From positions 1-47,023 of the IMG/VR virus record IMGVR_UViG_3300024232_000020: 47,023 nucleotides of DNA; one strand, given 5' to 3'. Both the position numbers and the translations under genes were made by a program. The notes beneath the pieces were generated by a model, which was given only the letters and a program-made list of their open reading frames with translations, was not told where the DNA came from and did no database searches. Positions 25,065 through 35,663 of this stretch are shown piece after piece (within the stretch, counting starts at the first letter, position 1; every line of letters starts with the position of its first letter). This DNA is from a virus (taxonomy: Duplodnaviria > Caudoviricetes).

Positions 25065-26447
25065 ATGGCTGAACTGAACCCTGGAACAGGCTTAGAGAGA
25101 ATCGGAGCCGCTTCGGAATGGTCCGAGGCGGCAGTCACCGCGAAGGTTCAAGAGACCGGCAGTTACGCGCCGCGCCGCAAGAACAATTCGCCCGCGCATC
25201 GGCGCCGCGTCGTTGAAGCGGCCCGGCTGATGAACGACGTGATGAACGGACGGGAAAACCCGCTGTTCTTCAATGAGGCAATGAACCCCACGAACGAGGT
25301 GTTCGTGCAGTACCTGGATCAGAAGTATCCGGGTTTGTTCATCAAAGAAGCCTCTCGCATCGGATTGCGCGAAACAATGTCCTATTCGGACTACAACGCG
25401 CTCACGGTCGATATCATCGATCGCATGCTGTACGAGTTTTACAGCGTGGCGGAAATCTCCAACCTTCCGTTGGTGAAAAAGCACCCGCTGCGCGACTTCC
25501 GCGCTGTCGCTCGCTACGCGATGGACCAAGCTGTGAAACCGTTCTCGCGCATGCCGTTCGATGGAAACGGAACGCTGAATCCTCACGGAGCCGGCGAACC
25601 GCCGACCGAGCGGGCAATGCAGCAGGCGGCACGCGAAGTTCTGGGCTCGAGCCAGCGCGTGACGTATCAGCCCCAGCTTTATCAAGGCATGATGTCGGTT
25701 AACTGGCGGGCGCTCGTCAATGACGACCTCGGCATCTTCCGCGATATGACGTCGCGCTTGGCGGATTCGGGCAGCCTGACGATTTACGAGTTCATCACCA
25801 TGCTCTATGTATCATCGGGCGGGTGGAACTCGACCATTACGGCTTCGGTGTTCAATAACCTGTGCACCACCGCCAACGGCGCCGCTTCGAACAACCCGGC
25901 ACTTTCCTGGCAGGGACTGCTGGACGCTTACACCGTCCTCAACAAGCAGTTGACGCTGGAAAATACGCCGATCACCTTCCGCGGCCAGCTTTATCTGTAC
26001 GTCGGGCCTTCGCTCAAGAACACCGCTATCTCGATGAGCAAGGCGACCCAGGCGAACATCTCGGTCGGTGGCGGTACGACCAACACGCAGGGATTCCCGA
26101 GTCAACAGTTGGTGGTTCCGAACTGGCCGCTCGGTGGGGTTCAGGTCATCGAAGACAAGTACATCCCGTTGGTTTGCACCACGGCGGGAACGAAGGACAC
26201 CATGTGGGCGTTGATCTATGATCCGCAGGTTCAGCCGCGGCCCACGTGCGAGCTCGGTCAGTTGGCCGGCTTCGAGACTCCGCAATTGTATCAACAGGTC
26301 CCGAACACCATGAAGGTAGGCGGTGGCGTCGATCCGATGCTGGGCGACTTTTGGACGATGGACCAGAACTATAAGGGCGTGCTGGTTCTGGGTGGAACCC
26401 AGATCGACGGACGCTCGGCCGTGTTCTCAACCGGACAGGGCGTGTAA
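25065..26447 (+). CDS. major capsid protein (HK97 fold, Mu gpT-like)
   Basis: AAGGAG RBS; DFR, YQG...VNWRALVNDDLG.F, L.VGP.L, D.R motifs. Confidence 0.9.
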   Translation: MAELNPGTGLERIGAASEWSEAAVTAKVQETGSYAPRRKNNSPAHRRRVVEAARLMNDVMNGRENPLFFNEAMNPTNEVFVQYLDQKYPGLFIKEASRIGLRETMSYSDYNALTVDIIDRMLYEFYSVAEISNLPLVKKHPLRDFRAVARYAMDQAVKPFSRMPFDGNGTLNPHGAGEPPTERAMQQAAREVLGSSQRVTYQPQLYQGMMSVNWRALVNDDLGIFRDMTSRLADSGSLTIYEFITMLYVSSGGWNSTITASVFNNLCTTANGAASNNPALSWQGLLDAYTVLNKQLTLENTPITFRGQLYLYVGPSLKNTAISMSKATQANISVGGGTTNTQGFPSQQLVVPNWPLGGVQVIEDKYIPLVCTTAGTKDTMWALIYDPQVQPRPTCELGQLAGFETPQLYQQVPNTMKVGGGVDPMLGDFWTMDQNYKGVLVLGGTQIDGRSAVFSTGQGV

Positions 26448-26462
26448 TCTTGCTGCGAGGTG

Positions 26463-26505
26463 GCGCGGTTTCGTCTCGGGGGAGAGGGGCCGCGCTTTCC
26501 TTTTT
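26463..26505 (+). terminator. intrinsic terminator after the capsid gene
   Basis: GCGCGGTTTC...GGGGCCGCGC stem followed by TTTCCTTTTT. Confidence 0.7.
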
Positions 26506-26509
26506 GCTT

Positions 26510-26959
26510 ATGAGTTTCTCGTACAATTACGGGGCGAATCCGCCAATCGATTACGTCAGGCTGCTGATTTCAGATACGCAGGCCACAAACCATGTCTTCG
26601 AGGATCAGGAAATTCAATCCTTCGCGGCGATTACGGCGGGCGTTTGGCAGAGCTCAATGCAGTATAGCGGTACGCTGGGCGTGGCTACTTTGCCCACTTC
26701 GCCCGTCAATTATCTGCGGACGGCGGCACTGGCTCTTGATTCTCTGGCCGCGAACAGTTCGCGATTGGGTGGAGTAATTCAGATTCTGGACGTGAAGTTG
26801 AGCGTCGACAAGTCGGCCATCGCGCTTCGCGAGCAGGCGGCGCAGTATCGGCAAGTTGACGACGACAACATGGCTTTTGTGATTATCGAGCAGGTTCCGA
26901 CTGATTGGGCTTTCCGTGATAGGTTCTGGGCGCAGGTCCAGAGAACCACGAGCATATGA
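26510..26959 (+). CDS. head-tail adaptor
   Basis: VRLLISDT.....F.D.EI; A..LR..A..Y. Confidence 0.8.
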   Translation: MSFSYNYGANPPIDYVRLLISDTQATNHVFEDQEIQSFAAITAGVWQSSMQYSGTLGVATLPTSPVNYLRTAALALDSLAANSSRLGGVIQILDVKLSVDKSAIALREQAAQYRQVDDDNMAFVIIEQVPTDWAFRDRFWAQVQRTTSI

Positions 26960-27363
26960 ACCAGGCATTTATCCAGGACGCGATCGCGAACGTTATGCCG
27001 CGGGCACTTGCTACGGGTTTGTTCGTTTCGCTGTGTACGATCCAAGCGATTTCTGGCAACCCAAACCCGGACGGGACGCCGAGCACGGTTTACGCAGACG
27101 TGCCGGGCCTCGTGAACATTCCCTGTATGGATGCGCCGCCTTCGATGGAGCGGATTCAGGCGACCGAAGTGAAGCAAGTGGCTGAGATTCTGGCGAAGGG
27201 CATGCGGCATGTTTTGCTGGGCCAGTGTTTTCTGGACGCTCCGAACTGGGCCGGCCGAGGTTATCAGGCGATCGTGGATGGTGTTGCGTACGATTTGTTA
27301 GGGGCTGAGAACGATTCTCAGTCGACGCAGACGCGAATCGATTTGCAGTTAAGTACGGTGTAG
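26956..27363 (+). CDS. head closure / neck protein
   Basis: Position; IVDGVAYDLLG...DS...TR. Confidence 0.7.
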   Translation: MNQAFIQDAIANVMPRALATGLFVSLCTIQAISGNPNPDGTPSTVYADVPGLVNIPCMDAPPSMERIQATEVKQVAEILAKGMRHVLLGQCFLDAPNWAGRGYQAIVDGVAYDLLGAENDSQSTQTRIDLQLSTV

Positions 27364-27369
27364 GCATGA

Positions 27370-27795
27370 ATGGGAACCTCTTTAGAGATCAAGCTTCGTA
27401 CAGCGGCGGCAGCCGATGCCACCCTCTCGTCGCTCCTCGGCTCGAATCCTTTCCGGTGGTATGGGCCGCAGGCACAACAGGGAGCGTTACAGCCACTTGT
27501 GGAAGTCTTTGTGGTGGATGCGCCTCCCCAATACTCACTTCAGGCTTTACTCGAAACCTGCCGCTACCGGATTCAATTCACGATCTGGGACGAGAACCTC
27601 GAATCAGCGCGGACGGTCGAGGCGGCCATCATTCAATTTTTGACGACGTTCAACGCCTACAATACTGGGGACTCGTCACCGATTCAGCGGAATCGGGTAG
27701 TGATGCGGCGTTCTGGGAAATCCGAACCGCAAACCGGCTCGATAACGTATTGGCGGACGCTCGATGCGTTCATCTGGAACAACGAAAATTTGTGA
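27370..27795 (+). CDS. tail terminator/completion protein
   Basis: Position; L..LLG, RIQFTIW pattern. Confidence 0.7.
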   Translation: MGTSLEIKLRTAAAADATLSSLLGSNPFRWYGPQAQQGALQPLVEVFVVDAPPQYSLQALLETCRYRIQFTIWDENLESARTVEAAIIQFLTTFNAYNTGDSSPIQRNRVVMRRSGKSEPQTGSITYWRTLDAFIWNNENL

Positions 27796-27812
27796 ATAAG
27801 GAGCTTTAAAAC

Positions 27813-28295
27813 ATGCCGTCTGGACCTTCGACATCTCCGATTGCTGCGCAGTTACCTGTAGAGGGGCTGCTCGTTTCTGTTGGGACGGCGGGCTCGCCTG
27901 AAACGCTCGACGTTATCGCCAACCTCACCGACTATTCGCAGGCGATGAAATCGACCATCGTCATGACGACCAACGTTGGAGACGCTTACGTGCGGCGCGC
28001 TCCAACGATCATCGATCCGGGTGAGCCGACCTTTACCATCTTCTGGATTCCGATGGAAGCCACGCACCGCAACTCAGCGGGTGGCGGATCGGTCGCGGCG
28101 GGGTTGCGTTACCTCATGCTGAATAAGCTGCTGCGAGACTTCGAGGTGTCGTATCCGGCTGACGCCAACGGCAACACCGAGGCGGACGCTTACAAGGCGT
28201 TCGTGACGGAGTTCGGTATCACCGGCAAGACGGCGGATGTCTTCCGCGCGTCGATCAAGCTGGGCATCAACGATCAGGCTCCATTTTTTGTCTGA
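27813..28295 (+). CDS. major tail tube protein
   Basis: AAGGAG RBS; P..IDPG..TF.I.W.P; AFVT.FG. Confidence 0.8.
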   Translation: MPSGPSTSPIAAQLPVEGLLVSVGTAGSPETLDVIANLTDYSQAMKSTIVMTTNVGDAYVRRAPTIIDPGEPTFTIFWIPMEATHRNSAGGGSVAAGLRYLMLNKLLRDFEVSYPADANGNTEADAYKAFVTEFGITGKTADVFRASIKLGINDQAPFFV

Positions 28296-28302
28296 GGATT
28301 TT

Positions 28303-28665
28303 ATGGACGAAACTAAAGAAACTGGTGTTGATTATCCCGAAATCGAACTGGGCGGGCAGAAATACCCCGTCAAGTTCACGCGGGGCACGCTTTACCGGCT
28401 GAGTAAGGCAGGGATTGCGTTTAACCCGACCTTTCTCAAGGGTGGCGCCTCAGTACAACTCAGTAACCTGATCGACACGCTGCATCTGGTGATTCAATAC
28501 CCAGGAACGGCGGAAGAATTGACGGAGCTCGTTTACGACCGCCGCGACGAAATCTCAGGCGTGCTAATCGAGGCGTGGGGAAAAGTTGTGCTGCCATCGC
28601 TTCAGGCAAAGATAGCGGCGCTACAGATGGCAGCGAAACCGGAAGCGTTGCAGAAACCCAACTAG
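28303..28665 (+). CDS. tail assembly chaperone (G-like)
   Basis: Follows the tail tube gene; IELGGQKYPVKFT; slippery site near the 3' end. Confidence 0.8.
   Translation: MDETKETGVDYPEIELGGQKYPVKFTRGTLYRLSKAGIAFNPTFLKGGASVQLSNLIDTLHLVIQYPGTAEELTELVYDRRDEISGVLIEAWGKVVLPSLQAKIAALQMAAKPEALQKPN
28578..28584 (+). other. programmed -1 frameshift site G GGA AAA
   Basis: In-frame X XXY YYZ heptamer; the -1 frame stays open to 29069. Confidence 0.8.
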
Positions 28666-29069
28666 GAGCGGAGGAAAGCCGTCTGCGTGACTGGGCTTTC
28701 GCAACATCGCAGTACGGGCTGGGCCTGACAACCGAGCGGGCCTGGCAGTTGACCCCGCGCGAGATGCGCGCACTCGTCGGCGTTTACGAATCGCATTTGC
28801 AGCGCTGGGCGCTCGGGATCTGTGACTTTCGTAACGCCAAGTTTCCAAAGAAATCCGGCTTTTGGACGATTGACGATCTTATTTCCACGAGCAAAAGCGT
28901 GGAGCGTAAGCGTATCGAGGCCAAAGAAGCATCGGAACTGCAAAAGCTTAGGTTCATTGAGCGGCAGCAGATCCGGCAGATTCAGTCAGGCGAGTTCGAT
29001 GATTCGTGGCTTCCGGCCGGAATCCGCATGACGGAAGCCGAAAGGGCAGCAAGGCAAAAGCGGCGATGA
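28584..29069 (+). CDS. tail assembly chaperone frameshift extension (GT-like)
   Basis: LGLT.E.AWQLTPRE is typical of T segments; no RBS of its own. Confidence 0.75.
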   Translation, partial: SCAAIASGKDSGATDGSETGSVAETQLGAEESRLRDWAFATSQYGLGLTTERAWQLTPREMRALVGVYESHLQRWALGICDFRNAKFPKKSGFWTIDDLISTSKSVERKRIEAKEASELQKLRFIERQQIRQIQSGEFDDSWLPAGIRMTEAERAARQKRR

Positions 29070-29482
29070 TTTCAGCATCAGCGACATTTAGGCCTCGCAA
29101 CGATGCCGGGCGCTTCGTCCAAGCCCGCATCTCGCCCGCGGTAACGGCGTCTGTGCAGGCAGCAATTGAACTGATTCAGGGGCTCACGAAAGAATACTGT
29201 CCTGTGCTCACAGGAGAATTGAGAGACTCCTACGTCGTTTCAGTGAAAGAGACTGGATCGACAGTCAAAGGAACGATGAGCACAGATAAGCCTTACGCAC
29301 CGTTCGTTGAGTTCGGGACAGGGCGGCGTGGAGAAGCCAGCGCAGGCGCAGGGGAAGGCCCATACGATCCGAATTGGGCGGGCATGGCGGCACAGCCACA
29401 CGTACGGCCGGCTGTGGACGAATCGCGCGATGCAATCAAGGATCTGTTTCGCAGTAATCTAAGTGTGGCGGTTGAGGGCTAA
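29066..29482 (+). CDS. HK97 gp10-like tail component
   Basis: CPVLTGELRDS, YAPFVEFGT, MAAQPHVRPA. Confidence 0.9.
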   Translation: MISASATFRPRNDAGRFVQARISPAVTASVQAAIELIQGLTKEYCPVLTGELRDSYVVSVKETGSTVKGTMSTDKPYAPFVEFGTGRRGEASAGAGEGPYDPNWAGMAAQPHVRPAVDESRDAIKDLFRSNLSVAVEG

Positions 29483-32400
29483 TGGCTGAACAGGACAATA
29501 TCGGGGATCTAGTTGTCAATGTAACCGGGGATTTCTCTGAGCTTGAAGGCGCAATATCGCAGGCTCAGACCGTAGCGCAAGACGGGGCGGATGTAATCGC
29601 GGGGGCATTTGTTGCAGCGGCCGATAAAGCCGATTGGCTCGATTCTTCCATTAGCTCCGTTGGGCAGGCTATTCGAGACTTAGGCGAAGCCTCTGGATTG
29701 ACGGGGCAAGAGCTAGAGACATTCAAGGCATCACTTCAGGCCGATGTGGACCTGGGGATTTCGCTTGAGGAAGCGCTCAAGAACGTTGGCGACTCCGCGA
29801 AGTATGTAGGAGATGAGGTAGCGGGCGGTGCGACTACCGCGCTTGAACAACTCCAAACCACTCAGCAGGGCGTTGCGGACTCCGCCCAGCAAGCGGCCAG
29901 CGGCATGACTGATGAATCAGATGCAGCCGGCCACGTGGGGCAGACGGCGCACGAAGCCGAAAGCGGGCTGCATGGGATGGCCGAGCAGCTTCTCGCAGTC
30001 GGGGAAGCGCTGGTTATCACCGAGGGGCTGAGGGAGTTCGGGCAGGAAGCGCTGACGGCGTACGGCATCGTTCAGAGCGTCACTATCGGGATCACTCAAT
30101 TGACGGGCTCCGCGAAGGAAGCCGGCGAAGCCATCGAGCAGATTAAAGAACTAGCGTCGACGCAGCCATTCGCTTTCCCTGACATCGCGCCAACGGTTCA
30201 AAAGATGGTGGCGCTGGGTGTTTCGATGGAGCAACTGCCAGCCGTCATGCAGGCGGTAGCAAATGCCTCGGCATCGACGGGAAATGGTTTTAATCAGATC
30301 GCAAATTCTCTTGACCGAATTTCTCTCTCTGGGAATGCTGGCGATCGGCAACTGGTTCAACTGGGGTTGAGCGTCGAGAAACTTGCCGCTGTAATGAACG
30401 TGTCCGATGAGGAGTTCAAGAAGGCGTTTAAAGACCTCGATCAATCGGAGCGTATTGACGTACTGACTCAGGCACTCGGAAGGTTTGCGGGCGCATCTGA
30501 AGCACAGGCTAAGGGCATTGCTGGTCAGTGGCAAATCTTCAAGAACACTTTTGAAGAAGTCATGGTTGCAGTGGGCGATGACCTCGCGCCTGTGGTTTCG
30601 CAGATTCTAGCTTTTGGCAAAGATGTTCTGCAAGCAACTGAACAGGCGGCAGCGGCATTTAAGTCTTTACCGCCAGAGGTTCAGGAAATCACCGTTGCGG
30701 TAGGACTTGCAGCGGCGGCGGTTATTCCGCTGACGGGGGCGCTGGCGGCTCTTGGGTTCGGGCTAGCTGGGCTTCAGACGCTCTTTTCGACCGTCAATGC
30801 GCTGATGGTCACAGCTGGCATAGCGGCACGTGAAGACGCAGCGGGTGAACTAGCAGCGGCAACCGCAACGGCGGCGCATGGCGAATCCGCAGTGGTCGCG
30901 GCTGGCGAAGTAGAGGCTCTGGCTACGGCTGAATCGGGCGCGGCAATTCAAATGGGGCTATTCGGTGGCGAGACGGTTATCGCTACCACGGCGGCGCAGC
31001 AGTTGAGCCTATTTGCTGAGGAGGCAGCGGTAAGCACAGGATTCCTCGGAACGAAGCTTGGCGGGCTTGTGGGGCTTGCAGCGGCGGCAGTCGGCGGAAT
31101 TACCATCCTGACATCGCAGTACATTGACCTAAAAAAGGATGTCGCCGATTCCAGTCAGGCGCTTGAAATCTTCGTGGAATGGCTCGGTAAAGTCCCGGGC
31201 AATGCGGACGATGCGAATACGTCACTCGGCCATCTCAGCGGCGGGATCAACGATCTAGCAGGAGATCTATCGAAGGCTGGGTTCAATTGGGATGGTCTAT
31301 GGACAGCGGTTAAGGCAGGAACGGGGCCAGTTGGCGCAATCTCAGAGGCATGGAAACAGGCTTCGAAGGACGTTAACGAAGCTGTAGGAAGCATCACCGG
31401 CAAGTACGCGGCAATGGAAACGGCAGCGCTTAAGGCTGCTGGTAGCGTTCAGGCAGCAGCCGATCAGACCGCAAAGTCTTGGGCGGACATGGCGCAGGCC
31501 GGCGTAGCGAACGCTGCCGCGTTCGACGGTATGAGCAAGTCGGCTCAGACTGTCTTATCCAATGTCGGCGTGCTCAATCAGAACATCGAGAAAGCAAAAC
31601 AGGTTCTTGATGAACTGAAGCAAGCCTCGGACGGCTCCGCACAAAGCCTTGAAGCGATCAAGGTCGCATCGCATAATGTCGAAGCCGCACAAAAGACCCT
31701 CGCAACTGCGATGGGCGAATCTACAAAAGCGGAAAAGGCCGAAAAGGATTCTCTTCAGGACCTGCTCGAAAAGCAGGCCTCCGCAAACCTCGCGTGGAAC
31801 AATGCGCGCGACACCCTGAACTATTTGAATGACACGCTCGCGGCGGGCGTTAAATACATCGGCAATTGGGACATCGCTGCGGATCTGATCCCGGCAGCTA
31901 CCAAGAACATGGAATCGGCGTTCCTCGCGGCGACTGGCAAACTCGCAAACCTAAATACGACTGCTTTGCAAGGCGAGGACGCGATTAAAGGCTGGATGGG
32001 CGGCATTGCCGGATTCATGGGACCGCTGCAAGCCACGATTACACAATTTGACTCAGCCGGACACGCGATCGCGGCCTATGTGGACGTTGGTGGAAGGTTC
32101 GTCAAGATAACCGCAGACGGTGAAACCGCAGCGGGTGGATTCTCCCAAAAGATGATCGACGTCGTTCACTCCCTCGATGACGAGTCAGGGGCGGCGGGAA
32201 CGGCAGCGGGGCAGATTCAACTCCTGACATCCAAAACTACGGAAGCGACAAAAGCTTGGGTGGATGGAAAGATTGCCGTCCAGGACTATAACGGCCAACT
32301 TCAGGTTGTAGACACAGCCACCCAGGGCGGCGTGATCAACGTCGGCAACTTCACGGCGGGGATTGTAGACCTCGGCAAAGCCATGTCCAGCGGCCTCGGC

Positions 32401-33459
32401 GCTACGAATGACGAAGCCAACGCAATTTTGGGAGTAGCGAAGGCGGCGGATGATGCTTCACAGCAAGTCGAAAAACTGAGCGGAAAGATCAAAGGTATCA
32501 AGGGCGGCGGCAGCGGCGGAACCTCCAGCGATCCGATGGACATGACCGGCGTAACGATGAACGGCGAAAGTCTCGCCGGCTTGCTGCTTGCGGCCAAGCA
32601 AGCCCCTTTGCTGTCTGGCTTCGTTGGAGCTTACGGACTCGGCCAGTCAGGAACGAACGAAGCGCAAGGGCTCGCCGATGCAACCGGGCAAATCGTCACC
32701 ACAATCGACGGAACCTTTATTCCAGCCGTTCAGCGGGCCGCGATACTCGCCGACATGCAAGCAAAAATGCTGGCAGCGGCGAACGCAGCCCAGCAAGCAA
32801 ACACGGCGGCAGTGTCGGCGGCGACTCCCGTAATTCAAGCCCTGGCGGATACGGGCATTTCAATTGCCGACAACGGCGACACGATCATTCACTTATTCTC
32901 AGCGCTTCCAACCGCTGTGCAGTCGTATCTATCGAGCGTCAATGGAACGCTCAAGAGCTACGACGAAACAACCCAAACGCTCAATTACCTGACCTCTGCG
33001 GGCGAAGATTTCACGACGCAGCTGAACGCGGCGACCACCGCGACAGGCGGCTTGGCTACGCTGGCGACAGCGGCGACGACAGCCACGGCAGCGGTGGGCC
33101 AGTTCGCACAGGCCGCGACCGTAGTCGGAACAATTGCGACGTCCATCGTTAACGCAGTGGTAGCGTCGACGGCGAATCTCGGGCCTGCGGATCTTGGGCC
33201 ATCTGCCACGCTTCCGCCAATCGGATTACCGTCGATCCTGCCGGCGACGGGCAAAGTGAGCGATTCTCAGGCGTACACACCAAGTTCATACGGGTATACC
33301 GACCAGTCAGTATCGTCTGGCTATCCGGGTGGTGTAAACTTGACGGTTAACGTAACAGGAAATTCGATCACCAGTCAGGCGTTGGTGAATAGTCTGGCGG
33401 ACAAGGTGGGCAGCGTGATTATCACGAATCTGCGAACTAACGCGGGGCTCAAGTTGTAG
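29482..33459 (+). CDS. tape measure protein
   Basis: 1325 aa, Ala-rich; IGDLVVNVTGD N-terminus; tape-measure domain (A.TQPF.F..I). Confidence 0.93.
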   Translation: MAEQDNIGDLVVNVTGDFSELEGAISQAQTVAQDGADVIAGAFVAAADKADWLDSSISSVGQAIRDLGEASGLTGQELETFKASLQADVDLGISLEEALKNVGDSAKYVGDEVAGGATTALEQLQTTQQGVADSAQQAASGMTDESDAAGHVGQTAHEAESGLHGMAEQLLAVGEALVITEGLREFGQEALTAYGIVQSVTIGITQLTGSAKEAGEAIEQIKELASTQPFAFPDIAPTVQKMVALGVSMEQLPAVMQAVANASASTGNGFNQIANSLDRISLSGNAGDRQLVQLGLSVEKLAAVMNVSDEEFKKAFKDLDQSERIDVLTQALGRFAGASEAQAKGIAGQWQIFKNTFEEVMVAVGDDLAPVVSQILAFGKDVLQATEQAAAAFKSLPPEVQEITVAVGLAAAAVIPLTGALAALGFGLAGLQTLFSTVNALMVTAGIAAREDAAGELAAATATAAHGESAVVAAGEVEALATAESGAAIQMGLFGGETVIATTAAQQLSLFAEEAAVSTGFLGTKLGGLVGLAAAAVGGITILTSQYIDLKKDVADSSQALEIFVEWLGKVPGNADDANTSLGHLSGGINDLAGDLSKAGFNWDGLWTAVKAGTGPVGAISEAWKQASKDVNEAVGSITGKYAAMETAALKAAGSVQAAADQTAKSWADMAQAGVANAAAFDGMSKSAQTVLSNVGVLNQNIEKAKQVLDELKQASDGSAQSLEAIKVASHNVEAAQKTLATAMGESTKAEKAEKDSLQDLLEKQASANLAWNNARDTLNYLNDTLAAGVKYIGNWDIAADLIPAATKNMESAFLAATGKLANLNTTALQGEDAIKGWMGGIAGFMGPLQATITQFDSAGHAIAAYVDVGGRFVKITADGETAAGGFSQKMIDVVHSLDDESGAAGTAAGQIQLLTSKTTEATKAWVDGKIAVQDYNGQLQVVDTATQGGVINVGNFTAGIVDLGKAMSSGLGATNDEANAILGVAKAADDASQQVEKLSGKIKGIKGGGSGGTSSDPMDMTGVTMNGESLAGLLLAAKQAPLLSGFVGAYGLGQSGTNEAQGLADATGQIVTTIDGTFIPAVQRAAILADMQAKMLAAANAAQQANTAAVSAATPVIQALADTGISIADNGDTIIHLFSALPTAVQSYLSSVNGTLKSYDETTQTLNYLTSAGEDFTTQLNAATTATGGLATLATAATTATAAVGQFAQAATVVGTIATSIVNAVVASTANLGPADLGPSATLPPIGLPSILPATGKVSDSQAYTPSSYGYTDQSVSSGYPGGVNLTVNVTGNSITSQALVNSLADKVGSVIITNLRTNAGLKL

Positions 33460-33473
33460 CAAGGAGACATTTT

Positions 33474-33707
33474 ATGGAAGACCTCTCAATCGAGCAGCAC
33501 GAAGCAGAGATTGACAAATTGAGCGAGCAGCGACGCGCGCTCAGTCTCGAGATGGCGAAGCACCACGACGCGATGGAAGCGAAACTTCGCGCCAAGCCCA
33601 TCGTTGCGACAGGGCTCGATCAGGCGATCACTCCGGGGACGGACTTCGCGCAGTGGATGAAAAGCCTGCCGCAGGCGGCAATCGACTTCATTAGAGGGAG
33701 CAAATAG
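33474..33707 (+). CDS. hypothetical protein
   Basis: AAGGAG RBS. Confidence 0.65.
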   Translation: MEDLSIEQHEAEIDKLSEQRRALSLEMAKHHDAMEAKLRAKPIVATGLDQAITPGTDFAQWMKSLPQAAIDFIRGSK

Positions 33708-33733
33708 CCTAAAGGCTTTTGAATCAATAACTT

Positions 33734-34249
33734 ATGGCCAACTTCTGGTATGGATTAGGCGTTCAACACTTTGCAAACGGTGACGTGAACTGGGCTTCCA
33801 ACACGATCAAGGTCGCGCTCTGTTCGGCTGGCTACGCGGCGGCGCAGAACACGGACGAGTTTTTTTCTGTGGCGGTCTCGGGCGGAAACATCGTTTCGGC
33901 TGGCGTGACGCTGGGGACCAAGACAAACTCGCTGGGCAAGCTCTCGGCGGCCAACTCGACGTGGACGAGCGTCTCGGGATCACAGGTAACGCAGCTCGTG
34001 GGCTACGTTGGGGGAGGCTCGCCGGGCACGAACGATTACATTCTGTTCAATCTATCGGTGGGCACGAATCTTCCAGTGACGCCCAACGGCGGAAACATCA
34101 CGGCAACGTGGGACCCGACCAACGGCATTGGGACGCTATTCGCGGGATTGAGCGAAGGCGACCGAGCGGGGCTCATAGAGAGAATCCGCGACTGGATCAC
34201 TGGAGGCTCCGATGGGTGGCTCGGTGAACCCACTTTGACGCTCGGATAA
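33734..34249 (+). CDS. minor tail protein
   Basis: NW.S.TIKVAL...LPVTPNGGNIT.TW pattern of siphophage tail proteins. Confidence 0.75.
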   Translation: MANFWYGLGVQHFANGDVNWASNTIKVALCSAGYAAAQNTDEFFSVAVSGGNIVSAGVTLGTKTNSLGKLSAANSTWTSVSGSQVTQLVGYVGGGSPGTNDYILFNLSVGTNLPVTPNGGNITATWDPTNGIGTLFAGLSEGDRAGLIERIRDWITGGSDGWLGEPTLTLG

Positions 34250-34250
34250 T

Positions 34251-35663
34251 ATGGCGTTGCCAGCTACAAGCGTGTGGGAGGTTCGTCCGACTAACGGGTC
34301 GAACACGAACGGCGGTGGATTCGACTCCGCTGGCACCGGCACGGACTTTTCCATCCAGAACGCCAAGAATACCGTAGGCAATAACATTTCCACGACGGAC
34401 GCAGTAGCGAACGGGACCACGACAATTACGAGCGCTACCGCGTCTTTCACTTCGGCTATAACCGGAAACATCGTCTTTTTCTCGGGCGGCTCGGGCTCGA
34501 TTACGGCCCAGTGGCGGCGGGCGACATTCGTCAGTTCGACCAGCATCACGATTGATACCAGCATCGCGTCATCTACCGGAATGACCATGAATATCGGCGG
34601 CGCGCTGGCAACCATCGTGCAGGCCAATACCAACTCAGTGCAGGGTAATTCGACGTGGGTGAAGGCCGAAGCGACCATCTTGGTCACTTCCAAGATCACA
34701 ATCAATTTCACTGGAGCCACCACAAATCAGTGGCCGGCTATTATCGGATACACCACCACGCGAGGAGACAACGGAAAGGTAACGATCAAGGCGAACAGCA
34801 ACTTTGGCGACCGCATTGTTGATCTGTCTTCAAGCGGGTGTGCATTCTGCAACTTTATCCTCGATTTAAACAGCAATTCGGCCACTCGTGGAATACTTGT
34901 TACCTCGAACGGCTGCCACCTTCACAACGTCAGCGTAAAGAACAGCGTTGGAATCAGCATCGAGCTTCAGCAGAACGACACGATGGCGTCTTACTGCGAC
35001 GTCACGGCTTCGACGTTGACGGGGAATCCGCAGATCATCGCGGGCGTGAACGCCGGCAGACCGACAACGTTACTGTACTGCACGGTGACGGGCGGAACCT
35101 CTGTGGGGATCGGATTGGGGCCCAGCGGGCAGGCAATTGGCTGCATCGCGGGGAATAATACGGGTGCGAGCTCGGACGGGTTCCAAGTGACGCTCAACCA
35201 GGGAACCAACGTTCTGGTAGGCAATACCTCATACGCTAACGGGCGCGACGGATTCAGGCTCACGTCTTCGGGATATGAAGGCGTCGTTATCCTCAATAAT
35301 TTGTCGTACGGCAACTCTGCGTTTGGTTTCAATTACACCAACGGAGCACTGCCGACTTCGTTCTTTTTCATGGACCGCAGTGCGTACGGCGGGAACACGT
35401 CAGGGAATCTGAACAACATCACGGCGGGAACAAACGACGTATCGCTTTCGGGTGATCCCACTGTCGCGGGGGCGAGTAACAACTTTGCATTGAACAATAC
35501 GGCGGGTGCTGGCGCGTCATGTCGCGCTGCCGGTTTCCCTGGAACGCTTACCGTGGGCGGAACGGGCTATCGGGACATCGGGGCGCTACAGCATCAGGAC
35601 TCGCCAGCGACGACCACGGTGGTTATCGCATCGACGCAAAATCTTTTTATTCAGGAGAGTTAA
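34251..35663 (+). CDS. right-handed beta-helix tail/receptor-binding protein
   Basis: Repeating Asn/Gly/Ser/Thr pattern (GNTSYANGRDGF, NNLSYGN..FGF); C-terminal DIGA.Q. Confidence 0.75.
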   Translation: MALPATSVWEVRPTNGSNTNGGGFDSAGTGTDFSIQNAKNTVGNNISTTDAVANGTTTITSATASFTSAITGNIVFFSGGSGSITAQWRRATFVSSTSITIDTSIASSTGMTMNIGGALATIVQANTNSVQGNSTWVKAEATILVTSKITINFTGATTNQWPAIIGYTTTRGDNGKVTIKANSNFGDRIVDLSSSGCAFCNFILDLNSNSATRGILVTSNGCHLHNVSVKNSVGISIELQQNDTMASYCDVTASTLTGNPQIIAGVNAGRPTTLLYCTVTGGTSVGIGLGPSGQAIGCIAGNNTGASSDGFQVTLNQGTNVLVGNTSYANGRDGFRLTSSGYEGVVILNNLSYGNSAFGFNYTNGALPTSFFFMDRSAYGGNTSGNLNNITAGTNDVSLSGDPTVAGASNNFALNNTAGAGASCRAAGFPGTLTVGGTGYRDIGALQHQDSPATTTVVIASTQNLFIQES

